Source of the DNA: Armatimonadota bacterium
GTDB lineage: Bacteria; Armatimonadota; SYMT01
Direction: 5' to 3'
Assembly (NCBI GenBank): GCA_041690135.1
Contig: JAWLHY010000005.1
Location: 340,106 to 404,105 of the forward strand
Length of the DNA stretch: 64,000 nt
Shown: positions 50,973 to 61,500 of the stretch, in pieces
How the letters are laid out: each line of letters starts with the position of its first letter
Position numbering within the stretch: position 1 is the stretch's first letter
The notes under the pieces: generated by a model
Database searches by the model: none
Told to the model about the DNA's origin: nothing
Seen by the model: only the letters and a program-made list of their open reading frames with translations
Position numbers and translations under genes: made by a program

Positions 50973-53777
50973 TCATGTGGGCAATGCGCCCGGCGCGAGA
51001 AGCCAATTCCAGTCCGTCTGGGTGAAGGAACCAGTGCGGAACCGTTCTCGCAGAGCGTGGACGTCGGGAGCGAGGTTGGGGACCGCTTCCTCTGCGGCGA
51101 CCGCTTCGGCGTGGGGCATGGCGTCGGCGGCGAGGTCTGCGAGCGTCAGCACAGGAAGGCTACAGGTACCGCTGCGTACGAGCTGCTGCACGGCAGTGAT
51201 GACTGCAATCTCCTGGGGCAGCTCGGCATGGAGGTTGCGTGCGAGGAAACGGCCGCCGACCTCAGGAGCGTTTACGGCGCCAGCGGAGCGGAGCGGAACC
51301 GTGCCGTCTCCGCGAGTGTTGGCGGTGCCAAATAGGTTGGCGACGGTGGGGTGCCGTTGGCTGACGACCAGGTAGGCACGCGTCAGCAGCGGACTGCCGC
51401 TGATCTTGCCCTTCAGCGCGCGGCTGCGCTTGAGGTGCAACTCGGAGGGCGCCAACTGTGGATCCGGCCAGCCGTTGGTGCGGTAGAGGGGGTGCGCGTC
51501 CCCGAAAACGGCGGGGTCTGGCAGCATGTCGAGCAGGCCGGAGAGCGAGCAGGCCATCAGCTGGAAATCGCGAACGGTATCGTTCCGTGATAGGAACGCG
51601 AGCTTCTTGAGGGTATCGTAGGTGCCGAGCACGGCCTGCATCGACGCATAGCTCCCGTGCAGGGGGGAGCCCAGCAGCACTGCGCTCTCCACCCGATCGC
51701 TCCATTCCCGGTGCCGGGCCGCGTAGAGGCAGGCCACCAGACCACCCATCGAGTGGGCGACGAGCGCGAACCTTTTGTGCGGACGCTGGGCGGCGAGTTC
51801 CTCGATGAACCGGTGGAGACTGTCCGCCAGTGCTTCGATCGGCTTGCGCCAATCGTAGGAGAACTCGTTGACTACGAACCCGGCGTTGCGCCAAGTTCGG
51901 GAGGCGCGGGCGTAGGTGAGCCGGAGCATGCCGTCCGGCTTGAGCACCTGCCCCGAGGTGGCTTCGCGCACGCCGTCCGGATCGAGCGAGAGGCGCTCGG
52001 CCAGATCGCCCGCGAAGAACGCCAGGGGGTTGATCCAGAGCCGCCCGCCCATGCCGGCGGTGCGGGCTAGGTGCCCGCCGAGGATGCCGTGGATGAAGAC
52101 GATCTCCGGCAGCGCGGGATCGGCGCGGCGCCCGAAGAGCCCTGACAGGAACGATTCCTCCAGGGCGACGGACTCCACCGTGGGCTCCCCGAGCGATACC
52201 AGGGTCAGTTCCCGGATGAGGGCATCAGCCTCCGCGGGCGGCAGCACCGCGTAGAGGCGCCGGGCCGTTTCGGCGGGATGGTCCTGCAGCTCGGCGGCGA
52301 TGGCCGCATCATCGGTCTGCTCGTACCAGGCGGTGGGCGAGACCGCTTCCGGCGCTGCTGCCGGGGTCAGCCCGAGGGACGCCGGCGCGGGCAACGGAGG
52401 ACCGGGCGCTGCTGGGGCCGGCGTGCCAGTCTCGCTCGCCGCCGGGTTGGAGCGGGCCGCGCGCCGCGTGTAGACGGTGGGACCGGAGCCGCGGTAGGTG
52501 TCCCAGTAACGGAGCCATTCCGGATCCGGCTGCTCCGGCGCGTCTTCCGGCACAGGGCTGAACCGGAAGCCCAGCGCCCGCAGGTAGGGATCTCGAGCCA
52601 GCTCCCAGGCGGGCACCGCCCAGTTGGTGAGCAGGTACTGCCCCGCGAAGTGGAGGCCGATCACCTCTCCCGTGAGCAGATCGAGGATCGCAGAGCCGGA
52701 GTTACCGGTTAGAGTGGAGCAGTCGTGCGTGAGCGCCTCCACCTCCGGGCGATTGAGGGGCGCAAAGCGGGAGAGCGGCTCCCGGCCGCCGTTCCGCACC
52801 ATGCCCAGGAGCCCGGGGAGGAGCCGCTTGCGGCCGTAGATTCCCCGGAACTCCCGGTCCTGGACCTCTACGTTGGAGAAGGGGTTCCGGTGCGGATAGC
52901 CCACGGTGACCACGTAGCGGCTCTCCAGCGGGCCGGCGGGGCGGACGGAGGCGAGGGTCAACGGGCGGGGCATCGCAGCCCCTAGCGGCGCCCGCACGGC
53001 CAGGACCGCGGCGTCCCAGTATGGGTGGATAAGGGCGACGTCTTCCACCTCCAGCAGCACTGGCGCCGGCTCCGGGGTGCCGGACGGGTGGACCTCACGG
53101 CGGGTGTCCAGAGCCGCCGCTCCGGGCCGGTAGGAGAGCGTACCGCTGCCGGGGTGCCCATGACCCGACGCGAACAGCTGCGCGACGTGCCGATTCGTCA
53201 GCAGCAGCCCCTCCCCCACGAAGAAGGCGGTGCCGCCGAACGGACGGAGCGGGTCCTGCGGCAGTTCCACGCGGCCAATGGCGGGGAGGGCGGCCTCCAG
53301 CAGTTCCCGCTCCCGGGGGCGGCCGAGGAATTCGAAAGGGAAGGCCGGCGTCTGGTACGTACCGCCGGTGACGTCGATGACGGGGCGCTCTCCGGGCAGG
53401 ATCACCTCTTCCAGCACTAACGCTTCCCGGGCGGTGAGTGGGTCCCCGTTCACCAGCTTGGTGACTACGTTCTGCGCGGTGCGGATCGTCTCGTCGGTAA
53501 GCCCTGGCGATGGGAGGGTGAAGGACTCGAAGGCCGCTTCCTCCCGGGCAGCCTGCTGCTGCCGGGACGTCAGCATCCGGGCGACGCTTTCCTCATTGAT
53601 CGGCCGCGCGGGTGGGAGCAGAGCCGGCGCGCTTCCTTCCGCCGGGATCCCCTCTTCTTCTCCCCGCTGGAATCGCTCGTGGAAGGCCTGCGCGGGCCGA
53701 TCCGAAGGGATTTTGCGTACCTGCTCGAAGTAGCGCAGGAGACGCTGCTGGTGGGCAGGAGAGTACGGATCGCTCAT
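50973..53777 (-). CDS. Multidomain putative effector: N-terminal helical adaptor, trypsin-like (S1) serine peptidase domain, Pro/Ala-rich linker, C-terminal alpha/beta-hydrolase (LCAT/PGAP1-like lipase) domain
   Basis: Start set at ATG 53777 (MSDPYSP..., RBS AAAGGA); the ORF track start is 53876. Peptidase region GGTAFFVGEGLLLTNRHV (His) ... TGNSGSAILD (Ser). Lipase region ...FALVAHSMGGLVACLYA (GxSxG nucleophile elbow). Confidence 0.7.
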   Translation of the reverse strand: MSDPYSPAHQQRLLRYFEQVRKIPSDRPAQAFHERFQRGEEEGIPAEGSAPALLPPARPINEESVARMLTSRQQQAAREEAAFESFTLPSPGLTDETIRTAQNVVTKLVNGDPLTAREALVLEEVILPGERPVIDVTGGTYQTPAFPFEFLGRPRERELLEAALPAIGRVELPQDPLRPFGGTAFFVGEGLLLTNRHVAQLFASGHGHPGSGTLSYRPGAAALDTRREVHPSGTPEPAPVLLEVEDVALIHPYWDAAVLAVRAPLGAAMPRPLTLASVRPAGPLESRYVVTVGYPHRNPFSNVEVQDREFRGIYGRKRLLPGLLGMVRNGGREPLSRFAPLNRPEVEALTHDCSTLTGNSGSAILDLLTGEVIGLHFAGQYLLTNWAVPAWELARDPYLRALGFRFSPVPEDAPEQPDPEWLRYWDTYRGSGPTVYTRRAARSNPAASETGTPAPAAPGPPLPAPASLGLTPAAAPEAVSPTAWYEQTDDAAIAAELQDHPAETARRLYAVLPPAEADALIRELTLVSLGEPTVESVALEESFLSGLFGRRADPALPEIVFIHGILGGHLARTAGMGGRLWINPLAFFAGDLAERLSLDPDGVREATSGQVLKPDGMLRLTYARASRTWRNAGFVVNEFSYDWRKPIEALADSLHRFIEELAAQRPHKRFALVAHSMGGLVACLYAARHREWSDRVESAVLLGSPLHGSYASMQAVLGTYDTLKKLAFLSRNDTVRDFQLMACSLSGLLDMLPDPAVFGDAHPLYRTNGWPDPQLAPSELHLKRSRALKGKISGSPLLTRAYLVVSQRHPTVANLFGTANTRGDGTVPLRSAGAVNAPEVGGRFLARNLHAELPQEIAVITAVQQLVRSGTCSLPVLTLADLAADAMPHAEAVAAEEAVPNLAPDVHALRERFRTGSFTQTDWNWLLAPGALPT

Positions 53778-53926
53778 GGATCTATCCTTTAAGTTACAGG
53801 CGAACCGGCGACCGGGCGTGGGGACGGCCTGAGGCGACCGGCAATGCAGGGAACTTTCTACCGGATGGTTGAACAATAGAGGGTGTCATTCCTCGCTCTG
53901 GGGGTAACGAGGCTGCCCGTATTGAG

Positions 53927-54014
53927 ATGAGTGCCGGTTGAGCCTGCGCCTGGTGAGCGAGCTAGGGGCTACAGGGGGCAAAGCCTGCCTGCGCAGGCTG
54001 GGAGTTCCGGCACT
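53927..54014. promoter_or_regulatory. Long interrupted inverted repeat in the divergent promoter region of the two peptidase genes
   Basis: GAGTGCCGG-TTG-AGCCTGCGC ... GCGCAGGCT-GGGAGTT-CCGGCACTC: two 9-bp arm segments on each side with a ~40-nt central region. Located between divergently transcribed genes 50973..53777(-) and 54342..55526(+). Confidence 0.45.
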
Positions 54015-54341
54015 CAACCAACGGTCTTCCCGAGAGGCGGGTACAAGCATGGTCTATTTGTGCTCGCCAGGACCCCGGACGAGAGATCCAATCGGGAGGC
54101 AGGTACCGGTCTGGCCTGGTGCCGAGATCCCTCCTGCAGTTAGGATGACTCCTTATGGGGGGCGACAATGCCCGGGTACGGTATTTTGTAAGTGGAAGCC
54201 GTTCAGTAGTGTTGCGTTCAGGATAACTGGTCCCGCAAGGTGTGAAATGCGTGAATGCCGTTGTTTGAGACCCACTACGACGAACCGGTTTCTGCTTTCG
54301 GTCAGCAATAGGTCAGCATTCGAACTACCTGACTACCGACT

Positions 54342-55526
54342 ATGCCCACACTCACGCGAGCTCAAGAAGATAACCTGATCCGGATCCTCTCCCGGCATCC
54401 GGATTTCCAGACGGCGGAGGACCGGCTGCGGTTGCTGCTGCAGATCATCCCAACCGCGGCGGACGGGGACGAGACCGCGTACCACGTGAACCTGGGAAAG
54501 GATGCCATCCGGGTCGCGGAGGGATTGCTCGCGCAGCTCAAGTTCGAGGGGGTGGGCCCGGACGGGGTCCACCGCCTGCGGCACATGGTAGCCGGTCTGC
54601 GGGAGAAGGTGCGAGACGAGCGGGACCGGGGACGGCTAGCGGGGATGCTCACCTACCTGGACCAGCACACCCCGGCGGTGGCGCCGCCCCCGCCGCCCCC
54701 GGCGCCGCTCCGCCCGGACCCGCAGCCGCGGCTGGACCCCGCGGACTGGCGGGGCAAGAATTCCGACGCACCGCCGTATGAGAAGGTGGTGCGGGTAAAT
54801 ACGCTGCGGCAGTTCTATCTGCTGGAGCGTGCGGTGCCTGCTTCACGCGGGGTGTTCCGCATCGAGGGACGTCCACCCGGCACGGAAGGCGAGCCGGCGG
54901 CTTCCACCGGCTTCCTCATCGCCCGCGGTGTGGAGACGGCCCCCGGCGGACCAAGGGTGGCGCTAGCGATGACGAACCACCACGTGATCGCCACTCTGGA
55001 AGAGTTCCCCGGTTATGAGTGCTGGTTCAATTACCGGCTTGACCTGGACGGCCGCGAGCCGGTGCCCTCGCCGCAAGGGTTCTGCAAGCTGCAGCCGCTG
55101 CCGCTGGCCGAGTGGTTCTTTACGGACGCGGGGCTGGACGTAACGGTGTTTGCGCTCGACGATGCGGTGGTGCCGGCGAATGCGGTGGCTCTGGGGGTGC
55201 GAGAGGCCCGCCCACTGGAGGGGGCGCGGGTGCCGATCATTCAGCACCCGAACGGGGAGTACCTGCAGATCTCGTTCCAGAGCAACTTCATCGCGTACGC
55301 GAACGACGAGATCCTGCAATACACCACTACTACCCTGCCCGGCTCTTCGGGCTCCCCTGTGTTCAATGAGCGGTTCGAGGTGATCGGGATCCACTCAATG
55401 GGCGGGGACCTGCCCCACCCCGGTCAGCCAGGACTGACTACCCTAATCAACCAGGGCACTTCAATCAAGGCGATCCTGGCGGTTCTGCCGGGGGCTATCC
55501 GTGGGCGGGTTATGGTGCTGGGGTAA
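54342..55526 (+). CDS. Trypsin-like (S1) serine peptidase with N-terminal alpha-helical adaptor (EAD-like) domain
   Basis: N-terminal ~110-aa helical region (EDNLIRILSRHPDFQTAEDRLRLLLQIIP...). Pro-rich linker (PPPPPAPLRPDPQPRLDP). Catalytic domain with LAMTNHHVI (His) and TLPGSSGSPVF (Ser). Confidence 0.75.
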   Translation: MPTLTRAQEDNLIRILSRHPDFQTAEDRLRLLLQIIPTAADGDETAYHVNLGKDAIRVAEGLLAQLKFEGVGPDGVHRLRHMVAGLREKVRDERDRGRLAGMLTYLDQHTPAVAPPPPPPAPLRPDPQPRLDPADWRGKNSDAPPYEKVVRVNTLRQFYLLERAVPASRGVFRIEGRPPGTEGEPAASTGFLIARGVETAPGGPRVALAMTNHHVIATLEEFPGYECWFNYRLDLDGREPVPSPQGFCKLQPLPLAEWFFTDAGLDVTVFALDDAVVPANAVALGVREARPLEGARVPIIQHPNGEYLQISFQSNFIAYANDEILQYTTTTLPGSSGSPVFNERFEVIGIHSMGGDLPHPGQPGLTTLINQGTSIKAILAVLPGAIRGRVMVLG

Positions 55527-55728
55527 GGTTGTGGGCTCGGGCAGAGCGGCCCGACGGTCGTAGTCTTGGCGCCGAACTTCGCGAATCGCTCGGATGTCAT
55601 ACCGTTCGTATGGCAGAGGGACAGGAAGCCAGGAAGCCAAGAGTGATGCCAAGCGACTGAACTCGCGGCTATAAAACGCGAAGCGAGCCTTCGCAGGGTG
55701 TAGCACCGACCTATCCACCCGCTCGCCC

Positions 55729-57408
55729 TTGAGTGGAGGGGGAGGTGTTAGCCCGGCTGACGGACAATTAACACTTGGGAGACAGCGGCTAATCCGAATA
55801 AGCCGCGACGAGGCACTGTCGTCTCCGGTACTGGTCTTGAGTTCGAACGTGCTCTTTCCACTGTTACAACCGGCCGACGAACGGCTGCTCCGCGACTATC
55901 TGCTCTCCGTGCTGGCACGAACCGGAGACGAGCCGGAGCGGCGCCGGGCCTTGTGCAAATACTTGCCGGACTCGGTAGCCCAGCTGCCGGCGGAGGCGTG
56001 GCTGACCGAGAGGCGGCTGCGACTGGACCGATCCCACGCTGAGATCCTGGAGCAGTTCTTCGAAGCGCTTCAGAGCCATCCGCCGGCGCTGTTGGCGCAC
56101 TTGGAAGTGCTGAGCCAGAGCGTGAAGGACGGGCCGACACGCGAGGAGTTCGCGCGGATGCGGGACGGGCTGCGGTTGGCCCTCGATCCGCTGACGGAGG
56201 CGCAGCGCCTTCTGGACGCCGCCGCTTCGGCGGACCCGGACGTCCTTCCGGACGCACTGGCCGCCGGTCTCTGGAAGGCGCTGGGGAAGCGCGAGTCGGG
56301 TACGTTCTGGCAGGCGGTGGCGCTGCTGGTGCCGCATCCCGCCCGCACTTACCAGGAGTCGGGACAGGAAGTGCTGCGCCTGCCGCTAGTGGTGGCGCTG
56401 GAGCGAACCGCGGCCCGGGTGGGCTTGTCCGGGCCAGACCGGACCCAGTATGGCGAACTCGTCCAGCAGGCGGTGGAGCGTCTTTACCCGCCGCCTCCCA
56501 AAGCCCCGGAGGCAGACCAAACAGCGCCGGGGCCTACCGCGCCGGCCTTCGATCCGATCACCGTGTACGTGCTGGCACTCGGCTCTAACACCCTGAGCAC
56601 GGCGGACACGCGCTACCGGCTGTGGTACACGGATCCGCAGGGAGACCGCGGCGCCCGAGACCTGACCGGCACCCTGAAGGAACTGCAGGCCGGCTTCTCC
56701 GCCTGGATCAGTGACGTCCTGTTCGAGTGGTCCGGCGATACCCCACTGGTGGAGTTTGTGCTGCCCGAGGAGTGCCTGGAGTGGGACGTGGAGCGTTGGG
56801 AAGTGGCCCTCAACCCGCGCAACCCAGCCACCGGAAAGCCGATTGGCACGGCGTTTCCGGTGGTGCTGCGGAACTGGGGGCGGTACGAAGCTCGGCCGCA
56901 CATCAAGCGCCTGGAGCGCCGCTGCAAGGAGTTGAAGGGCACCGGCACCCTGTACTGGTGCCACGAGCCGGCTCATGAGCCGGGCTTGCCGGTCTACCTG
57001 GACCACTCGGACTGCCGGACGGTGCTCTACCTGGGCGCGGGCTACCCCTTGCAGCGGACCGGCGGTAGAAACCTCTGGCTGGCGGTACTCCGGAACGGGG
57101 TTCCAGTAGTGATCTGGCGCCGCACCGCCGGCAGCGGAGCGGTGCCCATCCCGGACCAACTGGAGAAGCTACTCCATCAGGCACAGCGTCTCCACCCGTT
57201 CAACGAGCTGCCAAGTAAGATCAAGGACTGGCGCAGCCTGGTGATCCAGGAGCCACCGCAGTACGACGACACGGCGGATGAGGTCTCCCTGCTCTGGGAG
57301 AACCCCTACCGGCTCCCCGCCGCCCCACCCCTGCCCGAGGGGGCACCCACCGCACCCGACGAAGCTCGCCCGGCGCCGGCGCCCACCAGCACGGGGCGGA
57401 TCGATTGA
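55729..57408 (+). CDS. VMAP-like protein (vWA-MoxR-associated protein position) with N-terminal EAD-like helical motif
   Basis: 559-aa ORF immediately upstream of and overlapping (4 nt) the MoxR ATPase gene. There is no in-frame ATG near the 5' end, so TTG 55729 or a downstream GTG is the likely start. The N-terminus DERLLRDYLLSVLARTGDEPERRRAL resembles the N-termini of both peptidase effectors. No enzymatic motif recognised. Confidence 0.55.
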   Translation: MSGGGGVSPADGQLTLGRQRLIRISRDEALSSPVLVLSSNVLFPLLQPADERLLRDYLLSVLARTGDEPERRRALCKYLPDSVAQLPAEAWLTERRLRLDRSHAEILEQFFEALQSHPPALLAHLEVLSQSVKDGPTREEFARMRDGLRLALDPLTEAQRLLDAAASADPDVLPDALAAGLWKALGKRESGTFWQAVALLVPHPARTYQESGQEVLRLPLVVALERTAARVGLSGPDRTQYGELVQQAVERLYPPPPKAPEADQTAPGPTAPAFDPITVYVLALGSNTLSTADTRYRLWYTDPQGDRGARDLTGTLKELQAGFSAWISDVLFEWSGDTPLVEFVLPEECLEWDVERWEVALNPRNPATGKPIGTAFPVVLRNWGRYEARPHIKRLERRCKELKGTGTLYWCHEPAHEPGLPVYLDHSDCRTVLYLGAGYPLQRTGGRNLWLAVLRNGVPVVIWRRTAGSGAVPIPDQLEKLLHQAQRLHPFNELPSKIKDWRSLVIQEPPQYDDTADEVSLLWENPYRLPAAPPLPEGAPTAPDEARPAPAPTSTGRID

Positions 57409-57425
57409 AAACACAGGTATCTCCC

Positions 57426-58574
57426 ATGCAGCTCGAGCCCCCTACAGCTACTCCCAATCCGGACGTGCCCGCCGACTGGTGGGCATTCCACGGTGACCGC
57501 AACGCCGATGAGAAGATCGCGGCGGAGCGACGGTCCCGGCTGGGCCCCGCCCCGCCCTGGCGGCCGTCCCGGGCCGTGCCGGACAACACCCTCTACACGC
57601 CCCGTCCGGAGCCGCTGGGAGAGACCTATCGCTGCGGGAAGGCGGTGATCGAGATGGTCAACGCCGCTCTCGTGCTGCGGCGGCCGCTGTTGATCACCGG
57701 TGAGCCGGGCAGCGGGAAGTCGTCCCTGGCGTATGCCGTGGCGCGGGAACTGGGCCTGGGCCGCGTGCTGCGGTGGAACATTACCAGCCGCACCACCCTG
57801 CGGGACGGTCTGTACAGCTACGATGCCCTCGGGCGGTTGCAGGCTTCCGACCTGGGCGGCGACAGTGACCAGGTGGCGGAGATCGGGCAGTTCATCACCC
57901 TGGGGCCGCTGGGCACCGCGCTGCTGCCCTGGTCCACACCGCGGGTGCTGCTGATCGATGAGATCGATAAGAGCGACGTGGACCTCCCGAACGACCTGCT
58001 GCATGTGTTCGAAGAGGGCGAGTTCGAGATCCCGGAACTGGTGCGGCATCCGGATCCGGACGACCGGGGCGTGCGGGTGTGGCCGGACAAGGCGGACCGT
58101 CCGCCCCTGGACCGAACGAACCCGGTGCCGCCGGAGCAGTACCAGGTAACGGTGCACCGGGGCCGGGTGCAGTGCAGCCAGTTCCCCTTCGTGGTGCTGA
58201 CCAGCAACGCCGAGCGAGAGTTTCCGCCGGCGTTCCTGCGCCGGTGCCTGCGCCTGCGGCTGCCCCGACCCGGCCGCGACCAACTGAAGGAGATCGTGCG
58301 GGCCCACTTCTCCAATCCGGAGCGGCCGGTGCCCTCCGAGACGCAGCTCGACGAGCTGATCAGCCGGTTTCTCAAGCGGCGGGACGTGGGCGCCCTGGCC
58401 AACGACCAGCTGCTGCAGGCGCTGTTCCTGCGGCTGCGGGGCGGGGAGGCGATCGACAGCAACCCGGAAGATGACCTCCGGAACCTGATCAACCGGCTGC
58501 TCCATCCCCTGAACCAGCCGGAGGCGGCGGTGGAGCCGGACGAGGACGCGGATGACGGCTGCGGGCGCGGATAA
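57426..58574 (+). CDS. MoxR-family AAA+ ATPase
   Basis: Walker A LLITGEPGSGKSSLAYAVA. Walker B VLLIDEIDKSD. Sensor-1 VVLTSNAEREF. Arg finger PPAFLRRCLRLRL. ATG 57426 is chosen; a TTG at 57405 is the alternative. Confidence 0.85.
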   Translation: MQLEPPTATPNPDVPADWWAFHGDRNADEKIAAERRSRLGPAPPWRPSRAVPDNTLYTPRPEPLGETYRCGKAVIEMVNAALVLRRPLLITGEPGSGKSSLAYAVARELGLGRVLRWNITSRTTLRDGLYSYDALGRLQASDLGGDSDQVAEIGQFITLGPLGTALLPWSTPRVLLIDEIDKSDVDLPNDLLHVFEEGEFEIPELVRHPDPDDRGVRVWPDKADRPPLDRTNPVPPEQYQVTVHRGRVQCSQFPFVVLTSNAEREFPPAFLRRCLRLRLPRPGRDQLKEIVRAHFSNPERPVPSETQLDELISRFLKRRDVGALANDQLLQALFLRLRGGEAIDSNPEDDLRNLINRLLHPLNQPEAAVEPDEDADDGCGRG

Positions 58575-61500
58575 GTCGCCATCGGCGCCGGAATCCCTGA
58601 TCCAGTTGCTCGACTGCCTGAGCGGGCTGGAAACCCGCCTGCTCGCCGCGGAATTGGCGGACGTGCTCTGGCTGGCCCAGCGGCTGCCGGAGCGGCAGGC
58701 ACCTTCCCGGTCCGGGGAGGCGGCCGAGGCACCGGCAACGGAGGAGACGGAGAGCCCCCGGGATTCGGCCCGGTCCGAGGCCGGATCGCCCGACGGCACG
58801 CCTGCCCACACGGACGCCGACTCGGGTACTAACGCGGAGGTCGGACAGGAGAGGGAACGTCCACCGGGATCTGTCCCACCGACGGACGCCGGGCAGCCGG
58901 AGGACGAGCGGATCCGACTATTTCCAGGCCGTCCCAACTCCCCCGAGCAGACGGGCGCGGGCGAGATGCCTTCTTCCTCATTCCAGGGCACGGCAGCCCG
59001 CGCCCTCCCCCGGACCCGGCAGATCCTGCGGGCCCTCCGCCCACTCGCGGGCCGGGTCCCCTCGCCCCGGCGGGACGAGCTGGAGGTGGACGTCGAGGCA
59101 ACGCTCGAGCGGATTACGGAGGGGCTGCTGGCTGCCCGCGCTCGTTCGGAAGCCAGTGGGGCGGCGCGCCGCAACCGTCCCATTCCCCGCACGCCCGTGT
59201 TGCGGCCGGCCGAGGTGCGGCCCTACGAGCTGCACCTGGTGGTGGATACCAGCGCCAGCATGGCGGTGTGGGAGGAGGCTGCGGGAGAGCTGGCACAGCT
59301 GCTGGTGGGCCTGGGCAGCTTCTCGGACGTGCGGGTCTGGTACCTAGACACCCAGTCTGGCGGGGAGCCGCCGCTCTACGCGGGAGTCCGGTGCGGCGGG
59401 GGGACCCAACGCGGGGAGCGGCGGTCCGGTGCCGAGCTGCGGGGCGGGGGCGGCAGCATTCCGGGTGCCGGGGCGCGGCTGGTGCTGGTGCTGACTGACG
59501 GCCTGGGGCCAGCATGGTGGGATGGCCGGGCGCTGGACCTGCTGGCCTCCTGGGCGGACACGGGCCGGGTAACGCTGCTCCAGACGCTGCCGGAGCGGCT
59601 CTGGGGCCGCGCGGTGCACGGTGTACCTCGCTGGCTGGTGGGCGCCCACGAGGCCGGTGTCCCGAACCGGCGGCTGCTCACGGCTCCCCGGCCGGGCGTC
59701 CGCAGCGCGGCGCCGGCGAACGCCCCCCGGTATGATCGAGACCCGGAACGAGTTTACGTTCCGGTGGTCGCGCTAGACCCGGACCCGCTGCACACCTGGG
59801 CGCGACTGATGACCGGACGCGGCGGGGTGTGGCTGCCGGCGTTTCGCATGCGCCTGAAGTCCTCACCGGCCCAAACCGTCGCGCCTCTCGAGCCCGTAGA
59901 CCCGGAGGAGCCGGAAACCGAGGCGGCGCGGGCAGCCCGGATGGTACGCGAGTTCCGGGCTGGCGCCCCCTGGGAGGCACGCCGCCTGGCGGAACTGTTC
60001 GCGGCCGTGGGCACCCTCACCATACCGGTGATGCGCGCCATCCAGGATGCGATGGTGGCCGGCTCCGGGCTGGAGGCACTGGCGGAGGTGCTGGCCAGCG
60101 GCCTGCTGGAAGCCCGCGAAGCTGCGGGCGGGACGGTCTACGCTTTCCGTGGAGAGCAGCACGGGATAGCCCTGCGCCAGCGGCTGTGGCAGCGCGCAAG
60201 CGTTCCGGACACGCTGCGGGCCATGCAGACGGCACTGAACGAGCTCCAGCGGAGCGTGGGGGATTTTCTGGCCGGAATGAACGCCGAAGGTGCAGCCCAG
60301 CCGCTCCAGGTGCTTGATCCACAGGGCCTCCAGCGGCTGTCGGCGGACCACGCCCTGGCGCCGTTCGCGGCGGTGGCGGCGGAGTACCTGGAGTCGCTGG
60401 GCGGGCAGTACGTGCGGAGCGCCCGGACGTGGCAGACAGGCATCGCGTTACCGCCGCATCAAGGAGACGCCGGCGATCCCACGTCGTATTCGCTGAACGA
60501 TCTGATCGCGTTGTCCCGGAACCTGGACGGACAGGGCCCGTGGCTGCAGGGGAAGGTACCGCCCATCCATCTCCTCACCGCAGCGGAGAAGCTCGGGGAG
60601 CCGATCAGCGCGGTAATGCACCGGCTGGGCCGGTTTGAAGCCCGGTTCGAGCTGGAGCTGCCGGTGCTCGACGACCTCGAGCTGACGGCACTTGATGAGC
60701 CGCTGCCTAACGAAGCCGATCGGATCGTGCTGTCCCACGGTCTGGACGGCCAGACGCCCTGGCTGCACGGGCGGGTCGGGAAAGAACACCTCCTGGCAGC
60801 GGCCGTCCAACTGCGAGAGCCCGTGGTGACCGTGCGGCAGCGACTGGAGCGGTTCGCGGCCCTGTTCGAGCTAGAGCTCCCGGCACCCGGCGACCCCTCC
60901 CCCACCCAACCCCTGCGGGTCTTCGTCTCGGCGTCGTTCCGGTATTGCCACCAGGAACGGCGGGCGATCTTGGCGGAGTTGGCCCGGCGCCCGGAGATCG
61001 TGGACACCAGTTGGGAAGCACTGCCGGCGGACCAGCGGGACCGGCAGCACCGGCTGCCGGTGGTGGCCGCATGCGATCTCTTCCTGCTGCTCCCGGGGGA
61101 GGGGCCCAGCGCGGGGCTGGAGGCGGAATACGCCGCAGCATTGGAGCACGGGAAGACCTGCCTCGCATACTTCCACCGGGACGCGGCACCGCTGGACGAA
61201 ACCACGCGGGAGTTCTGGAAGAGACTCCGGGACCGGCACGGCGTTCGGACTTATGGCAGCTCGGAAGAACTGATCCGGCAGGTCTCACTCGACCTCGATT
61301 TTGAGCTGGCGCGGCTGACCGGGAAAGTTCAGGAGCACCCGATGGAGGTGGTGGTCCTGTTCTCGGATGGGCAATGCGCGGCTCTGCCGGTAGGCGTCGG
61401 CGTGTTGGACGCGGCGTTCCACGTGGACCCCGAGCTAGGGCTGCGGATGAACGGCGCGCGCGTGAACGGCGAGGCGGTGCCGCTGAGCTATCAACTCCGT

